In this document: positions 1-9,261 of the stretch, piece after piece
Layout of the letters: each line of letters begins with the position of its first letter
How positions within the stretch are numbered: position 1 is the first letter of the stretch
Origin: Actinomycetota bacterium
GTDB taxonomy: Bacteria; Actinomycetota; Actinomycetes; S36-B12; UBA5976
Reading direction: 5' to 3'
NCBI GenBank assembly: GCA_947452755.1
Contig: CANGDT010000006.1
Location: 1 to 53,531 of the forward strand
Length of the DNA stretch: 53,531 bases
Notes under the pieces: model-generated
The model's input: only the letters and a program-made list of their open reading frames with translations
Told to the model about the DNA's origin: nothing
Databases searched by the model: none
Position numbers and translations under genes: made by a program

Positions 1-347
1 CGGCCCGCGGCTTCAGCAAGTTCGGCGTAACTCCACACTGTTCCGCCACGAACTTTTCGCAACGACTTCCAACATTCCTGCATGAATTCGCCGCCAGGCT
101 GTCGAACTTTGAGTGAATCGAAGGCATTCACCTGTCCATCAAGCCAGTTGTTGACTACTGCAGTGACACCGGCAAGTTTGGCGTCCTTGGTAAAGGTCAC
201 AACTGGGATTTTGCCGTTTGCCTTTTTAATTAATGTGGGCAGGTCACTGAACGCCGCGCCTATGACAACTGGGCTATTGGTGACGTCCACAATTGTGGCC
301 ATTGGTCCCCATGGGGTCTTGATTTCGTATCCCAGGTATTCAGTCAT
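1..347 (-). CDS. ogt: Methylated-DNA--protein-cysteine methyltransferase, N-terminal part (runs off window start)
   Basis: Manual translation from ATG at 347: MTEYLGYEIKTPWGPM...FMQECWKSLRKVRGGTVWSYAELAEAAG, matching the Ogt DNA-binding helix region; TAACCT -10 box 7 nt upstream. Confidence 0.85.
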   Translation of the reverse strand, partial: MTEYLGYEIKTPWGPMATIVDVTNSPVVIGAAFSDLPTLIKKANGKIPVVTFTKDAKLAGVTAVVNNWLDGQVNAFDSLKVRQPGGEFMQECWKSLRKVRGGTVWSYAELAEAAG

Positions 348-405
348 GTTGCTCAGGTTATTGGTTACGAAGTGCGTATGCGAGTGGTTTGGGTAAGGTC
401 GATTT

Positions 406-651
406 ATGAGTTTGAGCGAGCGCATCACCGAGCTTGCTGATCGCCCATTATCGGTGCCGGCTGTGAGTCGTCTCGATCCAGACCGAGAAGACTTTGCTGC
501 AATTGTGTCGGCGCATCAAACTGCGATGAATGAAGGTCGCAATGGGTATTTAGATCCAAAAACTGGGGCGTGGGTTTTTACAGCAGCAGCGCACGCAGCG
601 CGCGGGTTTTGTTGTGAGAATGGTTGTCGGCACTGCCCATTCACGAAGTGA
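406..651 (+). CDS. Small Cys-rich protein (DUF5522-like)
   Basis: GYLDPKTGAWVFTAAAHAARGFCCENGCRHCPF motif; TAAGGT -10 box 6 nt upstream. Confidence 0.8.
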   Translation: MSLSERITELADRPLSVPAVSRLDPDREDFAAIVSAHQTAMNEGRNGYLDPKTGAWVFTAAAHAARGFCCENGCRHCPFTK

Positions 652-782
652 ATGGGCAGAATAAATATTGTCCGTGGGGTTCACGAAGTGAATGGGCAGG
701 ATAGATATTGTCCGTGGGGTTCACGAAGTGAATGGGCAGGATAGATATTGTCCGTGGGGTTCACGAAGTGAATGGGCAGGAT
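633..782. repeat. 40-bp tandem repeat (about 3.5 copies) seeded by a perfect 12-bp hairpin over the stop codon of 406..651
   Basis: Unit TCACGAAGTGAATGGGCAGGATAGATATTGTCCGTGGGGT at 641 (2 mismatches), 681, 721 and partial at 761; hairpin CTGCCCATTCAC-GAA-GTGAATGGGCAG at 633-659. Confidence 0.95.
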
Positions 783-806
783 TAGTGCACGTAATCCTCT
801 GCTTTG

Positions 807-1193
807 TTATCGCCGTTCGATGAAGTCCCAAAGGTTTCCGTATTTATCAGCGAATACGACTACTTTGCCAAAGTCTTCGTTGCGTGGTTGTTCGGTGAAT
901 TGCACGTTGTGTTCGGCCATGCGAGCGTAGTCGCGGTCGAAGTTATCGGTGTAGAGGAAGAATCCGACACGTCCGCCGGTTTGATTTCCGATTGCGGTTT
1001 GTTGCGTTGGTGTGGTCGCTTCGGCGATAAGGAGCGCTGCGCCTTGTGTTGGGTCTGGTGCGATGACTACCCAACGTTTTGTTTCTGACATTGTGGTGTC
1101 TTCGACAAGGGTGAAACCAAGCGCTGTGGTGTAGTACTCGATTGCTTCGTCGTAGTTGTCGACGACGACTGTGATCATGCCAAGGTTCGCCAT
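807..1193 (-). CDS. VOC/glyoxalase family protein
   Basis: VVDNYDEAIEYYTTALGF...KRWVVIAP...GNQTGGRVGFFL...VVVFADKYGNLWDFIE pattern. Confidence 0.9.
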   Translation of the reverse strand: MANLGMITVVVDNYDEAIEYYTTALGFTLVEDTTMSETKRWVVIAPDPTQGAALLIAEATTPTQQTAIGNQTGGRVGFFLYTDNFDRDYARMAEHNVQFTEQPRNEDFGKVVVFADKYGNLWDFIERR

Positions 1194-1208
1194 GTTGAAC
1201 TTTCTGTC

Positions 1209-2357
1209 TTAGTGTTCGAGGATTTCAGCCATGCGCTTGATGGCTTCTTTGATGTTGGCTTTGCTTGTTGCAAAGTTCAGCCGCACGTGACCTTCTCCGG
1301 TGGTTCCGAATTCTTCACCATGGCTGAGTGCTACTCGCGCTTTTTCGTGAAGTGCGTCGGCTGGTTTTTCAATTTCGTAGGCCCGTAAGTCAATCCAGGC
1401 TAGGTAGGTGCTGTGGGGAATTGAATATTTTGCCTTTGGCAAGTATTTTTTGATGACTTTGGCTAGGTATTCTCGGTTCTCATCTAAGTTGTCCATGACA
1501 GCGTCGAGCCATTTTGTTCCTTCGTTGTAGGCAACAACACTTGCCCAGCCACCGAACAATGATGCGCGCCAGGTGGTGCTGATTGGCAGACCCGCGAGCA
1601 GGTCGTTGATTGCAGCATCCTGCGAAATAATTTGTGCACATTTCAAGCCCGCTAAATTCCAAGATTTACTTGCGGACGTTATGCAAACACCGTGTGCTCG
1701 GGCTTCATCATTTACTGCAAGGTATGGAATGAATTGCGCCTCGGCAAATGTCAGCGGCGCGTGAATCTCATCACTGATAACAAGCACGTTGTACTTTGCA
1801 GCTAGGTGCGCGATTTTTTCTAATTCCTCGCGACTAAATACGTGTCCAACTGGATTATGCGGATGGCACAGGATGAATGCCTTTGCTCCATCGGCGAATG
1901 CCGTTTCAAGTGCTGTGGCATCCAAAGCCCATTCGCCGTTCGCTGGAATTAGCGGAACATCGACAGGCTCACATTTGACCTCTTTGATCCAGGTAAAGAA
2001 ATTCATGTACACAGGGGAGTTCAAAACTACTTTGTCACCGGGTTGCGTGACGAGGCGCAGAATTTCAACGCCAGCAACGCCGACGTCGGTTGCAAGATGG
2101 AATTGATCTACGTCAACATCCCAGTCCCATCGACGTTTTGCAAAGCCAGCAAACGCGGCAGGAAGCTCAGGAATGATTCCGCCGTAGCCTGTGTCTGAAC
2201 GCTTGATCATGTCAATCAATTCGTCTTGGATGGGCTTTGCGATGGGAAAGTCCATCTCGGCGACGGGCAATGGCAACACATCGGATTCAAATCCGCGCCA
2301 CTTTGCGCTTCGTCGTAGTCGTAAGTCTTTGAGTGAATCTGCTTTTACCTTGGCCAC
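1209..2357 (-). CDS. MalY/PatB-family PLP enzyme (cystathionine beta-lyase-like)
   Basis: SAKW, LPLPVAEMDF, HPHNPVG, SDEIH, SASKSWNLAGLK, RLNFAT motifs. Confidence 0.9.
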   Translation of the reverse strand: MAKVKADSLKDLRLRRSAKWRGFESDVLPLPVAEMDFPIAKPIQDELIDMIKRSDTGYGGIIPELPAAFAGFAKRRWDWDVDVDQFHLATDVGVAGVEILRLVTQPGDKVVLNSPVYMNFFTWIKEVKCEPVDVPLIPANGEWALDATALETAFADGAKAFILCHPHNPVGHVFSREELEKIAHLAAKYNVLVISDEIHAPLTFAEAQFIPYLAVNDEARAHGVCITSASKSWNLAGLKCAQIISQDAAINDLLAGLPISTTWRASLFGGWASVVAYNEGTKWLDAVMDNLDENREYLAKVIKKYLPKAKYSIPHSTYLAWIDLRAYEIEKPADALHEKARVALSHGEEFGTTGEGHVRLNFATSKANIKEAIKRMAEILEH

Positions 2358-2390
2358 GGGTTCAGGCTAGCAATGAACTGACGAAAAAAC

Positions 2391-3434
2391 CTAGGGCTTG
2401 ATGACAGTGATACCTGGCAACGGGTTTGTACCCATTTGCTCAAGTGCCGCAGGAACTTCTTCGAGAGTGATGAGTCGCTCTACCAAGGTTTCCGGGCGTA
2501 ATTTTCCGCTGCTGATGTCAGCAAGCATGTCAGGGTACGTTGCCGCTGACATTCCATGGCTTCCCATTACAGAGAGCTCGCGCCCGATAACGAGGTGCAT
2601 TGGAATGGTTGCTTGATCTTGCACTTGTGCAGGAGGCAACAAACCGACTTGTACGTGGCGACCGAGTCGGCGCAGAGTTTCAATTGCAAGTTTCGCTGTG
2701 GCAATGGAGCCCAGAGCGTCAACGGTGACGTCTGCACCTCGCGAATTCATCGCCTTAACAACTTTTGGTACATCGTCGTGGATTGAATCAAGAACAACTT
2801 CAGCACCTGCAAGCCGTGCTCGATCGCGAGCATGGTGTGAGGTGTCAACACCAACAACGGTTGCTCCACGAGATGCTGCAATCATGATTGCTGCCAGCCC
2901 CACACCGCCACAGCCGAACACTGCAACAAGTTCGCCGGGCTTCACCTGTGCGACTTGAACGATTGCTCGATATGACGTCGCAAAGCGACACCCAAGTGCT
3001 GCGGCTGTTTCAAATGAGACATCGTCAGGAAGTGCAACTACGTTGAAGTCAGCGTTGGGCACGCGCACGTATTCAGCAAAACTGCCAGGTCCGTTGAAGC
3101 CGGGCTGCCATTGGAAGAAGCACACTTGCGCGTTTCCTTCGAGGCAATCTACGCATTCTCCGCAACCGCTGACGAATGGAACGGTGACCCTGTCGCCCAC
3201 TTTCCATTTGGTTACGTCGCTGCCAACGTCGCTAATGGTGCCTGCAAATTCGTGACCGGGGATGTGCGGGAACTCTTTAATGTCATCGTCGTGACCTTGC
3301 CATCCGTGCCAGTCACTTCGGCACAAGCCAGTTGCTTCGACTTTGATGATGACCCCGTGTGGCCGAGGCGTGGGAATTGGTCGCTCATCTATATAGAGAG
3401 GTGATCCAAATGAGTCGAATTGGGCTACGCGCAC
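2391..3434 (-). CDS. Zinc-dependent alcohol dehydrogenase
   Basis: GLCRSDWH, GHEFAG, CGECVDC...C structural Zn site, GCGGVG Rossmann motif. Confidence 0.92.
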   Translation of the reverse strand: MRVAQFDSFGSPLYIDERPIPTPRPHGVIIKVEATGLCRSDWHGWQGHDDDIKEFPHIPGHEFAGTISDVGSDVTKWKVGDRVTVPFVSGCGECVDCLEGNAQVCFFQWQPGFNGPGSFAEYVRVPNADFNVVALPDDVSFETAAALGCRFATSYRAIVQVAQVKPGELVAVFGCGGVGLAAIMIAASRGATVVGVDTSHHARDRARLAGAEVVLDSIHDDVPKVVKAMNSRGADVTVDALGSIATAKLAIETLRRLGRHVQVGLLPPAQVQDQATIPMHLVIGRELSVMGSHGMSAATYPDMLADISSGKLRPETLVERLITLEEVPAALEQMGTNPLPGITVIKP

Positions 3435-3553
3435 CTGCCAAGAGTATTGGTAAAGGTTGGTCTGTCAGAAACTGGGTGAGGCATGAAAAATGCCCGATTT
3501 TGACCACGCCAGCCCGGGAATAAAGCAAAAACCCTTTAGGTTGTACATTTTGC

Positions 3554-3574
3554 CTTGAGCGAACCCGACTCAAC
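3554..3574. promoter_or_regulatory. HAIR operator 1 (HspR binding site)
   Basis: CTTGAGC-N7-ACTCAAC versus consensus CTTGAGT-N7-ACTCAAG, upstream of dnaK operon containing hspR. Confidence 0.85.
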
Positions 3575-3578
3575 TGAT

Positions 3579-3609
3579 TTGACACGATAGGTTTCAGGTC
3601 ACTTAATAT
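3579..3609 (+). promoter_or_regulatory. Putative housekeeping-sigma promoter of dnaK operon
   Basis: TTGACA at 3579-3584 and TAATAT at 3604-3609 (19-nt spacer), between the two HAIR sites. Confidence 0.5.
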
Positions 3610-3616
3610 GGGAACA

Positions 3617-3637
3617 CTTGAGTCATACCAACTCTTA
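3617..3637. promoter_or_regulatory. HAIR operator 2
   Basis: CTTGAGT-N7-ACTCTTA. Confidence 0.7.
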
Positions 3638-3650
3638 TAAGGAGCAACAC

Positions 3651-5474
3651 ATGTCCCGTGCCGTAGGCATTGACCTGGGAACCACCAACTCGGTGGTTGC
3701 AGTTCTTGAAGGTGGCGAACCCACCGTCATCGCAAACGCAGAAGGCGCACGCACCACACCCAGTGTCGTCGCATTCGCAAAGAATGGTGAAGTTCTGGTC
3801 GGCGAAGTCGCCAAGCGCCAGGCAGTCACTAACGTCGATCGCACAATTCGTTCGGTGAAGCGCCACATTGGCGAGACATCGTGGAATGTTGCCATCGATG
3901 ACAAGAAATACAACGCACAAGAAATTTCTGCCCGCGTTCTTCAGAAGTTGAAGCGCGACGCTGAAGCGTACTTGGGCGAAACTGTCACCGATGCGGTCAT
4001 CACAGTTCCTGCATACTTCAATGACGCTCAGCGTCAGGCTACGAAAGACGCTGGCCAAATCGCTGGTCTGAACGTCCTGCGTATCGTCAACGAGCCAACC
4101 GCTGCAGCTCTTGCATATGGTTTGGACAAGGGCGATACCGAACAAACAATTCTTGTATTCGACCTTGGTGGCGGAACGTTCGACGTTTCACTGCTCGAAA
4201 TTGGTGAAGGCATCGTAGAAGTGAAAGCCACAAGTGGCGATAACAACCTCGGTGGCGATGACTGGGATCAGCGCGTAGTGGATCACTTGGTCAGTGCATT
4301 CAAGATGTCTAACGGCATTGACCTTGCAACTGACAAGGTCGCACTTCAGCGACTTCGTGAAGCTGCTGAAAAAGCAAAGATTGAATTGTCGTCATCACAG
4401 TCGACAAACGTCAACCTTCCATACATCACAGCTTCGGATGCCGGTCCACTTCACATGGATGTGACAATTACTCGTGCAGAATTCCAAAAGATGACTGCAG
4501 ATCTACTTGATCGCACAAAGTCACCGTTCAACAACGTCATCAAGGATGCTGGCATCAAAGTCGGCGACATTGATCACGTAGTTCTTGTTGGTGGTTCTAC
4601 TCGTATGCCGGCCGTCACCGAATTGGTGAAGGAACTTACCGGTGGCAAGGAACCAAACAAGAGCGTTAATCCTGATGAAGTAGTTGCCATCGGTGCTGCA
4701 CTTCAGGCTGGTGTTCTTAAAGGTGAAGTGAAAGACGTACTTCTTCTTGATGTCACACCACTGTCACTTGGTATCGAAACCAAGGGTGGCTTGATGACCA
4801 AGATGATTGAGCGCAACACCACCATCCCAACGAAGCGTTCGGAAATCTTCACAACTGCTGAAGACAACCAGCCATCCGTACTCATTCAGGTTTTCCAGGG
4901 TGAACGCGAAATGGCCGCTTACAACAAGAAGCTCGGAACTTTCGAACTCACAGGTCTGCCACCTGCTCCACGCAACGTGCCACAGATTGAAGTGACCTTC
5001 GATATCGATGCCAACGGTATTGTTCACGTTTCTGCCAAAGACTTAGGTACTGGCAAGGAACAGTCGATGACCATCACTGGCGGCGGCGGCTTGTCGAAGG
5101 AAGAAATCGACCGCATGATGAAGGATGCTGAAGCACACGCAGACGAAGACCGCACGCGTCGTGAAGAAGCGGAAGTTCGCAACCAGGCTGAGTCGCTTGT
5201 TTTCCAGACTGAAAAGTTCCTTGCTGAAAGCGGTGACAAGGTTCCAGCAGATGCCAAGGCAAACGTTGATGAGCCATTGGCTGCGCTGAAGAAGGCACTT
5301 GAAGGTGACGACTTTGAAGCAATCAAGTCAGGCGTTGAAGCTGTAGCCACCGCAAGTCAGGCATTGGGTGCTGCGTTGTACGCAAACACACAAGCCGAAG
5401 GTGAAGCAGATGCACCCGCCGGCGACGATGACGTTGTAGATGCTGAAATCGTTGAAGAGGCCGATCAGAAATGA
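3651..5474 (+). CDS. dnaK: Chaperone DnaK (Hsp70)
   Basis: [25 protein letters not shown] motifs; AAGGAG RBS before ATG 3651. Confidence 0.99.
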   Translation: MSRAVGIDLGTTNSVVAVLEGGEPTVIANAEGARTTPSVVAFAKNGEVLVGEVAKRQAVTNVDRTIRSVKRHIGETSWNVAIDDKKYNAQEISARVLQKLKRDAEAYLGETVTDAVITVPAYFNDAQRQATKDAGQIAGLNVLRIVNEPTAAALAYGLDKGDTEQTILVFDLGGGTFDVSLLEIGEGIVEVKATSGDNNLGGDDWDQRVVDHLVSAFKMSNGIDLATDKVALQRLREAAEKAKIELSSSQSTNVNLPYITASDAGPLHMDVTITRAEFQKMTADLLDRTKSPFNNVIKDAGIKVGDIDHVVLVGGSTRMPAVTELVKELTGGKEPNKSVNPDEVVAIGAALQAGVLKGEVKDVLLLDVTPLSLGIETKGGLMTKMIERNTTIPTKRSEIFTTAEDNQPSVLIQVFQGEREMAAYNKKLGTFELTGLPPAPRNVPQIEVTFDIDANGIVHVSAKDLGTGKEQSMTITGGGGLSKEEIDRMMKDAEAHADEDRTRREEAEVRNQAESLVFQTEKFLAESGDKVPADAKANVDEPLAALKKALEGDDFEAIKSGVEAVATASQALGAALYANTQAEGEADAPAGDDDVVDAEIVEEADQK

Positions 5475-6028
5475 CCGACCACGACCACGGCGATGAACAG
5501 GCCGATGGCGTAAGGATCACTGACAATCACAAGATTGATCCTGAGACGGGAGCTCCTCGTTCACCGGAAGGTGGCGAGGAGCAATCCGCTCCGGCTGAAG
5601 CCGATCCCATCGCGGAATTGACTGCTGACTTACAGCGCCTTCAAGCAGAATTTTCGAATTATCGTAAACGCGTTGAGCGTGATCGTGAAGCTGCTCGTGA
5701 ATTAATCGTCGCAAATACGTTGGCAGAACTTCTGCCTGTGCTTGATGACATTGGACGGGCGCGTTCGCATGGCGAACTTGAGGGCGGATTCAAATCTGTC
5801 GGCGAGGCACTTGAAGGAACAGTCAATCGACTTGGACTCAAGGCCTTTGGCGAACCAGGCGACGCCTTTGATCCAATGAGACATGAAGCAATTGCGCATG
5901 AATTCAGCGCAGAAGTCACCACGTCAACGTGTGCTTCCGTATTTCAACCGGGTTATGAATTTGCCGGCCGAGTAATTCGTGCAGCAATTGTCAGTGTTGC
6001 TGATCCTGAAACAGCAGCCAGCGAATAA
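5471..6028 (+). CDS. grpE: Nucleotide exchange factor GrpE
   Basis: [26 protein letters not shown]...IRAAIV; ATGA overlap with dnaK. Confidence 0.97.
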   Translation: MTDHDHGDEQADGVRITDNHKIDPETGAPRSPEGGEEQSAPAEADPIAELTADLQRLQAEFSNYRKRVERDREAARELIVANTLAELLPVLDDIGRARSHGELEGGFKSVGEALEGTVNRLGLKAFGEPGDAFDPMRHEAIAHEFSAEVTTSTCASVFQPGYEFAGRVIRAAIVSVADPETAASE

Positions 6029-6058
6029 TTAATAACACAACATCTGAAAGGAGGCGCC

Positions 6059-7030
6059 ATGAGTGCGAAGGATCTGTACGAAAAGGATTACTACAAAATT
6101 CTTGGCGTCTCCAAAGATGCTGACGCTGCCGCAATCAAAAAGGCATATCGTCAATTAGCAAAAAATCTTCACCCGGATACAAACCAGGGCGACAAGGCAA
6201 TTGAAGAAAAATTTAAAGAAGTTTCTGAAGCATATGACGTGCTCTCGGATTCGAAGTCACGTGCTGAATATGACGATGCGCGACGCATGGGCGCCGCAGG
6301 TTTTGGTGCAGGGCGCCGCGGACCTGCAGGTGGACGACCAGGCGGACCGAATGTCGAAGATATGTTCGGCGGCGGTGGTCAAGGCTTTGGCGATCTGTCA
6401 GACATTTTTGGCGGGCTATTTGGTGGCGGTGGAGGTCGACGTGGACCACGGCGCGGTAGCGACTTAGAAACCTCAATCAAAATTAGTTTTGATGATTCTA
6501 TTTTTGGGGCAACAAAATCGTTGACATTATCAACGGGAAATGTTTCCACGCGCATCCCCGCCGGTGTGAAGAACGGGCAGCAGATTCGTTTGCGAGGCAA
6601 GGGTCAGCCAGGGGAACCCGGCGCGCCTGCTGGCGACTTGTTGATCAACATTGCAGTAGTTCCGCACCCTGTTTTTGGTCGCGATGGCGACAACCTCACG
6701 GTCACTGTGCCAGTCCGGTTTGATGAAGCGGTCAATGGCGCAGACATCAAAGTGCCCGTTCTGTCTGGTCAGCCAGTAACCATTCGTATTCCCGCGGGGA
6801 CGAAGACGGGCGCAAAGTTCCGCGCACGTGGCAAAGGCGTAGCTGCGGCCCATAAGACTGGCGATTTGATTGTGACGGTCGATATTGCAGTACCGAAGGA
6901 TCTCTCGAGTGCTGCCCTGAAGGCGCTTGCGGAATTCGCTGCCGAAACATCAGATTTCGATCCTCGCGAAGAATTGATGCGCAAGACTGGCAACACAACT
7001 GACTCACGAAAGAGCTCAACTGATGAATGA
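6059..7030 (+). CDS. dnaJ: DnaJ co-chaperone lacking the zinc-finger (class B architecture)
   Basis: J domain with HPD, G/F-rich linker, C-terminal domain; no Cys residues. Confidence 0.93.
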   Translation: MSAKDLYEKDYYKILGVSKDADAAAIKKAYRQLAKNLHPDTNQGDKAIEEKFKEVSEAYDVLSDSKSRAEYDDARRMGAAGFGAGRRGPAGGRPGGPNVEDMFGGGGQGFGDLSDIFGGLFGGGGGRRGPRRGSDLETSIKISFDDSIFGATKSLTLSTGNVSTRIPAGVKNGQQIRLRGKGQPGEPGAPAGDLLINIAVVPHPVFGRDGDNLTVTVPVRFDEAVNGADIKVPVLSGQPVTIRIPAGTKTGAKFRARGKGVAAAHKTGDLIVTVDIAVPKDLSSAALKALAEFAAETSDFDPREELMRKTGNTTDSRKSSTDE

Positions 7031-7364
7031 GTTTGAACACGATGATGAAGTGCCGGTTTATGTTATTTCAGTTGCCGCACAGCTAGCTGGGCTGCACCCA
7101 CAAACATTACGACAGTACGACCGCCTTGGTCTTGTTTCTCCTGGACGTTCAATCGGCCGCAACCGTTTGTACTCATTACGTGACATCAATCGCCTGCGCG
7201 AAGTGACGAAACTTTCTAATGAAGGAATCACGCTTGCTGGAATTATGCGCATTCTGATTCTTGAAGAGCAACTCGAACGTGCGCTCAAGGAAAATATTCG
7301 TCTTCGCGAGTCAATTGGACCATCAACAGCAGTAGTTGTGTGGCGCCCCAACCGCCGCGCATAA
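7023..7364 (+). CDS. hspR: Heat-shock repressor HspR (MerR family)
   Basis: VYVISVAAQLAGLHPQTLRQYDRLGLVSP; last gene of dnaK operon. Confidence 0.96.
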   Translation: MNEFEHDDEVPVYVISVAAQLAGLHPQTLRQYDRLGLVSPGRSIGRNRLYSLRDINRLREVTKLSNEGITLAGIMRILILEEQLERALKENIRLRESIGPSTAVVVWRPNRRA

Positions 7365-7418
7365 TTCTGCCTACGAAACTGGCCGGTATTCGGTAGCGTG
7401 AACCCAAGAGGAGACGCT

Positions 7419-8456
7419 ATGTATGTTTTGAACACCTGGTATGTCACAGCGTGGAGTCATGAAGTGACAACTACGCCAGTGAAGCGAATGGTTTGTGAAA
7501 TCCCATTGGTGCTGTACCGAAATGTGTCTGGACAAGTACGAATTCTCGAAGATCGCTGCCCTCACCGTGGCTACCCACTGTCGGCGGGTGTGACACACGA
7601 CGACACAATCGAGTGCGGATATCACGGGTTCACTTTTGATGGCGCAGGAACCTGCACACGTGTTCCTGCGCAGTCAACAATCCCGGAACGCGCAGTAGTT
7701 CGCAGTTTTCCGGTTGTTGAGAAAGATGGCTGGATTTGGGTATGGACTGGCGATAAGAGTCTTGCCGATGAATCGCAAATTCCTGATACCCATTACATGA
7801 ATGATCCAGCGTGGGCTGCCAACACCCACAGCTATCTTTTTGAATGCCGGGCAGATTTGATTCATGACAACCTGTTGGACCTGACTCACGAGTCGTTTAT
7901 TCACACCAGCACGGTAGGCGATGACTATATCTATAAGCACGGCATCACCGTTGAAGTAGAGGGCACGGTTGTCTCTGCCGATCGTTTGATGCCAAATGTG
8001 GCTCCGCCACCCTTGTATGCGAAAACAATGGGTCTTGATGGACTTTTCGATCGCTTCCACTGCACAGAATTTCATGTACCGAATTACCACATCTTGCATT
8101 CTGGAATCACTGGCGCTGGTCGTCCCCGTGAAGAGGGCTACCTCATCAAAGTTCTCAATGGCATCACACCGATCACTGCGAATACAAGTTGGTATTACTA
8201 CTGCTTTGCACGCAATTTTGCTATTGATGATGTGCAAGCAACTGCAGATTTACAAGAAGGACTGGCGACAGTTCTTGATGAAGATGCGGACGCATTACGT
8301 CTTCAAGAAATTGGTTTATCAACTCGACCAAGCAATGTTCACGATGTGTTGATTGCTCAAGATGCGGGAGTTGCGAAAGCACGACGCATTATGAAGCAGT
8401 TACTCGATGCTGAAGCACAATTTCGTGACGCGGCCGTAACTGCGACGTCGCACTAA
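7419..8456 (+). CDS. Rieske non-heme iron oxygenase alpha subunit (VanA-like O/N-demethylase or monooxygenase)
   Basis: CPHR...CGYHG Rieske site, DNLLDLTHESFIH iron site, EDA; GAGGAG RBS. Confidence 0.9.
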   Translation: MYVLNTWYVTAWSHEVTTTPVKRMVCEIPLVLYRNVSGQVRILEDRCPHRGYPLSAGVTHDDTIECGYHGFTFDGAGTCTRVPAQSTIPERAVVRSFPVVEKDGWIWVWTGDKSLADESQIPDTHYMNDPAWAANTHSYLFECRADLIHDNLLDLTHESFIHTSTVGDDYIYKHGITVEVEGTVVSADRLMPNVAPPPLYAKTMGLDGLFDRFHCTEFHVPNYHILHSGITGAGRPREEGYLIKVLNGITPITANTSWYYYCFARNFAIDDVQATADLQEGLATVLDEDADALRLQEIGLSTRPSNVHDVLIAQDAGVAKARRIMKQLLDAEAQFRDAAVTATSH

Positions 8457-8458
8457 TT

Positions 8459-8968
8459 ATGTGGATGCTTGAACGCGGGACGAGCTTCTCGGGACAAGTG
8501 GAGACGCACCAGTTGGCGGCCTGCCCCGATACACACGGCCGAGGCGACCGCTGGAAGTGGTCGGTAGCTGCAGTTGTTGGTGATGTGCAGTCATGGTTTC
8601 CTCTGGGCGCTGATCGCAGTTCGTATACCTGTGAAGTGTTGGACATCGATGTTGCCCAACGTTGTTCGCTAGCAGTTGCTTTTGATCCGGCATTTGTGTC
8701 CATCGAAGTGCGCATCGCGGAAAAGAATGAACAACTCGAGGTACTGCGTATAGGCGGCAGTGAAGTTGTAGTCATTCCATTGTTTGGGGAAGCTCTCGTA
8801 GTCGCACCCAATGGCGTGTGGAAACGTTGGCTGACATCTGGTGACACATTTGTCATTGAAGGCGAAGACGATGAGACACTCTTTGTCACACCATCACCCG
8901 AACTCACCCGAGTGATTGTGATTCAAATCAGTCCAATGACGGAACAAGCCCTCAGGTGGGTGCCGTGA
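8459..8968 (+). CDS. Hypothetical protein, possibly divergent HutD/Ves-like cupin
   Basis: Tightly coupled between oxygenase and ferredoxin; THQLAACP...WKWSVAAV...FPLGADRS resembles the HutD N-terminus. Confidence 0.55.
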   Translation: MWMLERGTSFSGQVETHQLAACPDTHGRGDRWKWSVAAVVGDVQSWFPLGADRSSYTCEVLDIDVAQRCSLAVAFDPAFVSIEVRIAEKNEQLEVLRIGGSEVVVIPLFGEALVVAPNGVWKRWLTSGDTFVIEGEDDETLFVTPSPELTRVIVIQISPMTEQALRWVP

Positions 8969-9252
8969 GTGAGTTGAACCCGCCAAAATCTTTCATCGTC
9001 AAGATTGCTTCGACTGGACAAGAAGTTGTTGTTGAAGAAAGTCGCACAATCCTTGATTCGCTTGAGCGCGCTGACATTTATCCAGACAACTCATGTCGAG
9101 ATGGCATCTGCGGCACATGTGAGACGCGAGTAATTGCTGGAACGCCGGATCATCGTGACATGTTACTTAGCGACGAAGAGCAAGCAGCCGGTAAAACCAT
9201 TTTGCTCTGTGTGTCACGATCGCACAGTCCTGTGCTCGAACTTGATTTGTAG
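8965..9252 (+). CDS. Stand-alone 2Fe-2S ferredoxin (like the C-terminal domain of VanB/PDR reductases)
   Basis: SCRDGICGTCET...PDHRD...LLCVSRS...LELDL; GTGA overlap with upstream gene. Confidence 0.88.
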   Translation: MSELNPPKSFIVKIASTGQEVVVEESRTILDSLERADIYPDNSCRDGICGTCETRVIAGTPDHRDMLLSDEEQAAGKTILLCVSRSHSPVLELDL

Positions 9253-9261
9253 GATCGTCAG

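Noticed and set aside
82-396. Plus-strand 104-aa ORF
   Set aside because: Antisense shadow of the ogt gene on the minus strand
641-782. CRISPR array
   Set aside because: The segments between conserved blocks are near-identical rather than unique spacers, and no cas genes are in the window; it is a tandem repeat
804-1088. Plus-strand 94-aa ORF
   Set aside because: Antisense to the well-supported VOC gene; no motifs
3618-3650. N-terminal extension of DnaK in the ORF track (similar extensions for fbaA, DUF3151, DUF4395, FAH enzyme, PuuD-like, GS-like)
   Set aside because: RBS position and family N-termini support the downstream starts used in the feature list; this extension overlaps a HAIR site
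3603-5526. Several minus-strand ORFs opposite dnaK
   Set aside because: Typical antisense open frames produced by codon bias of a highly expressed gene
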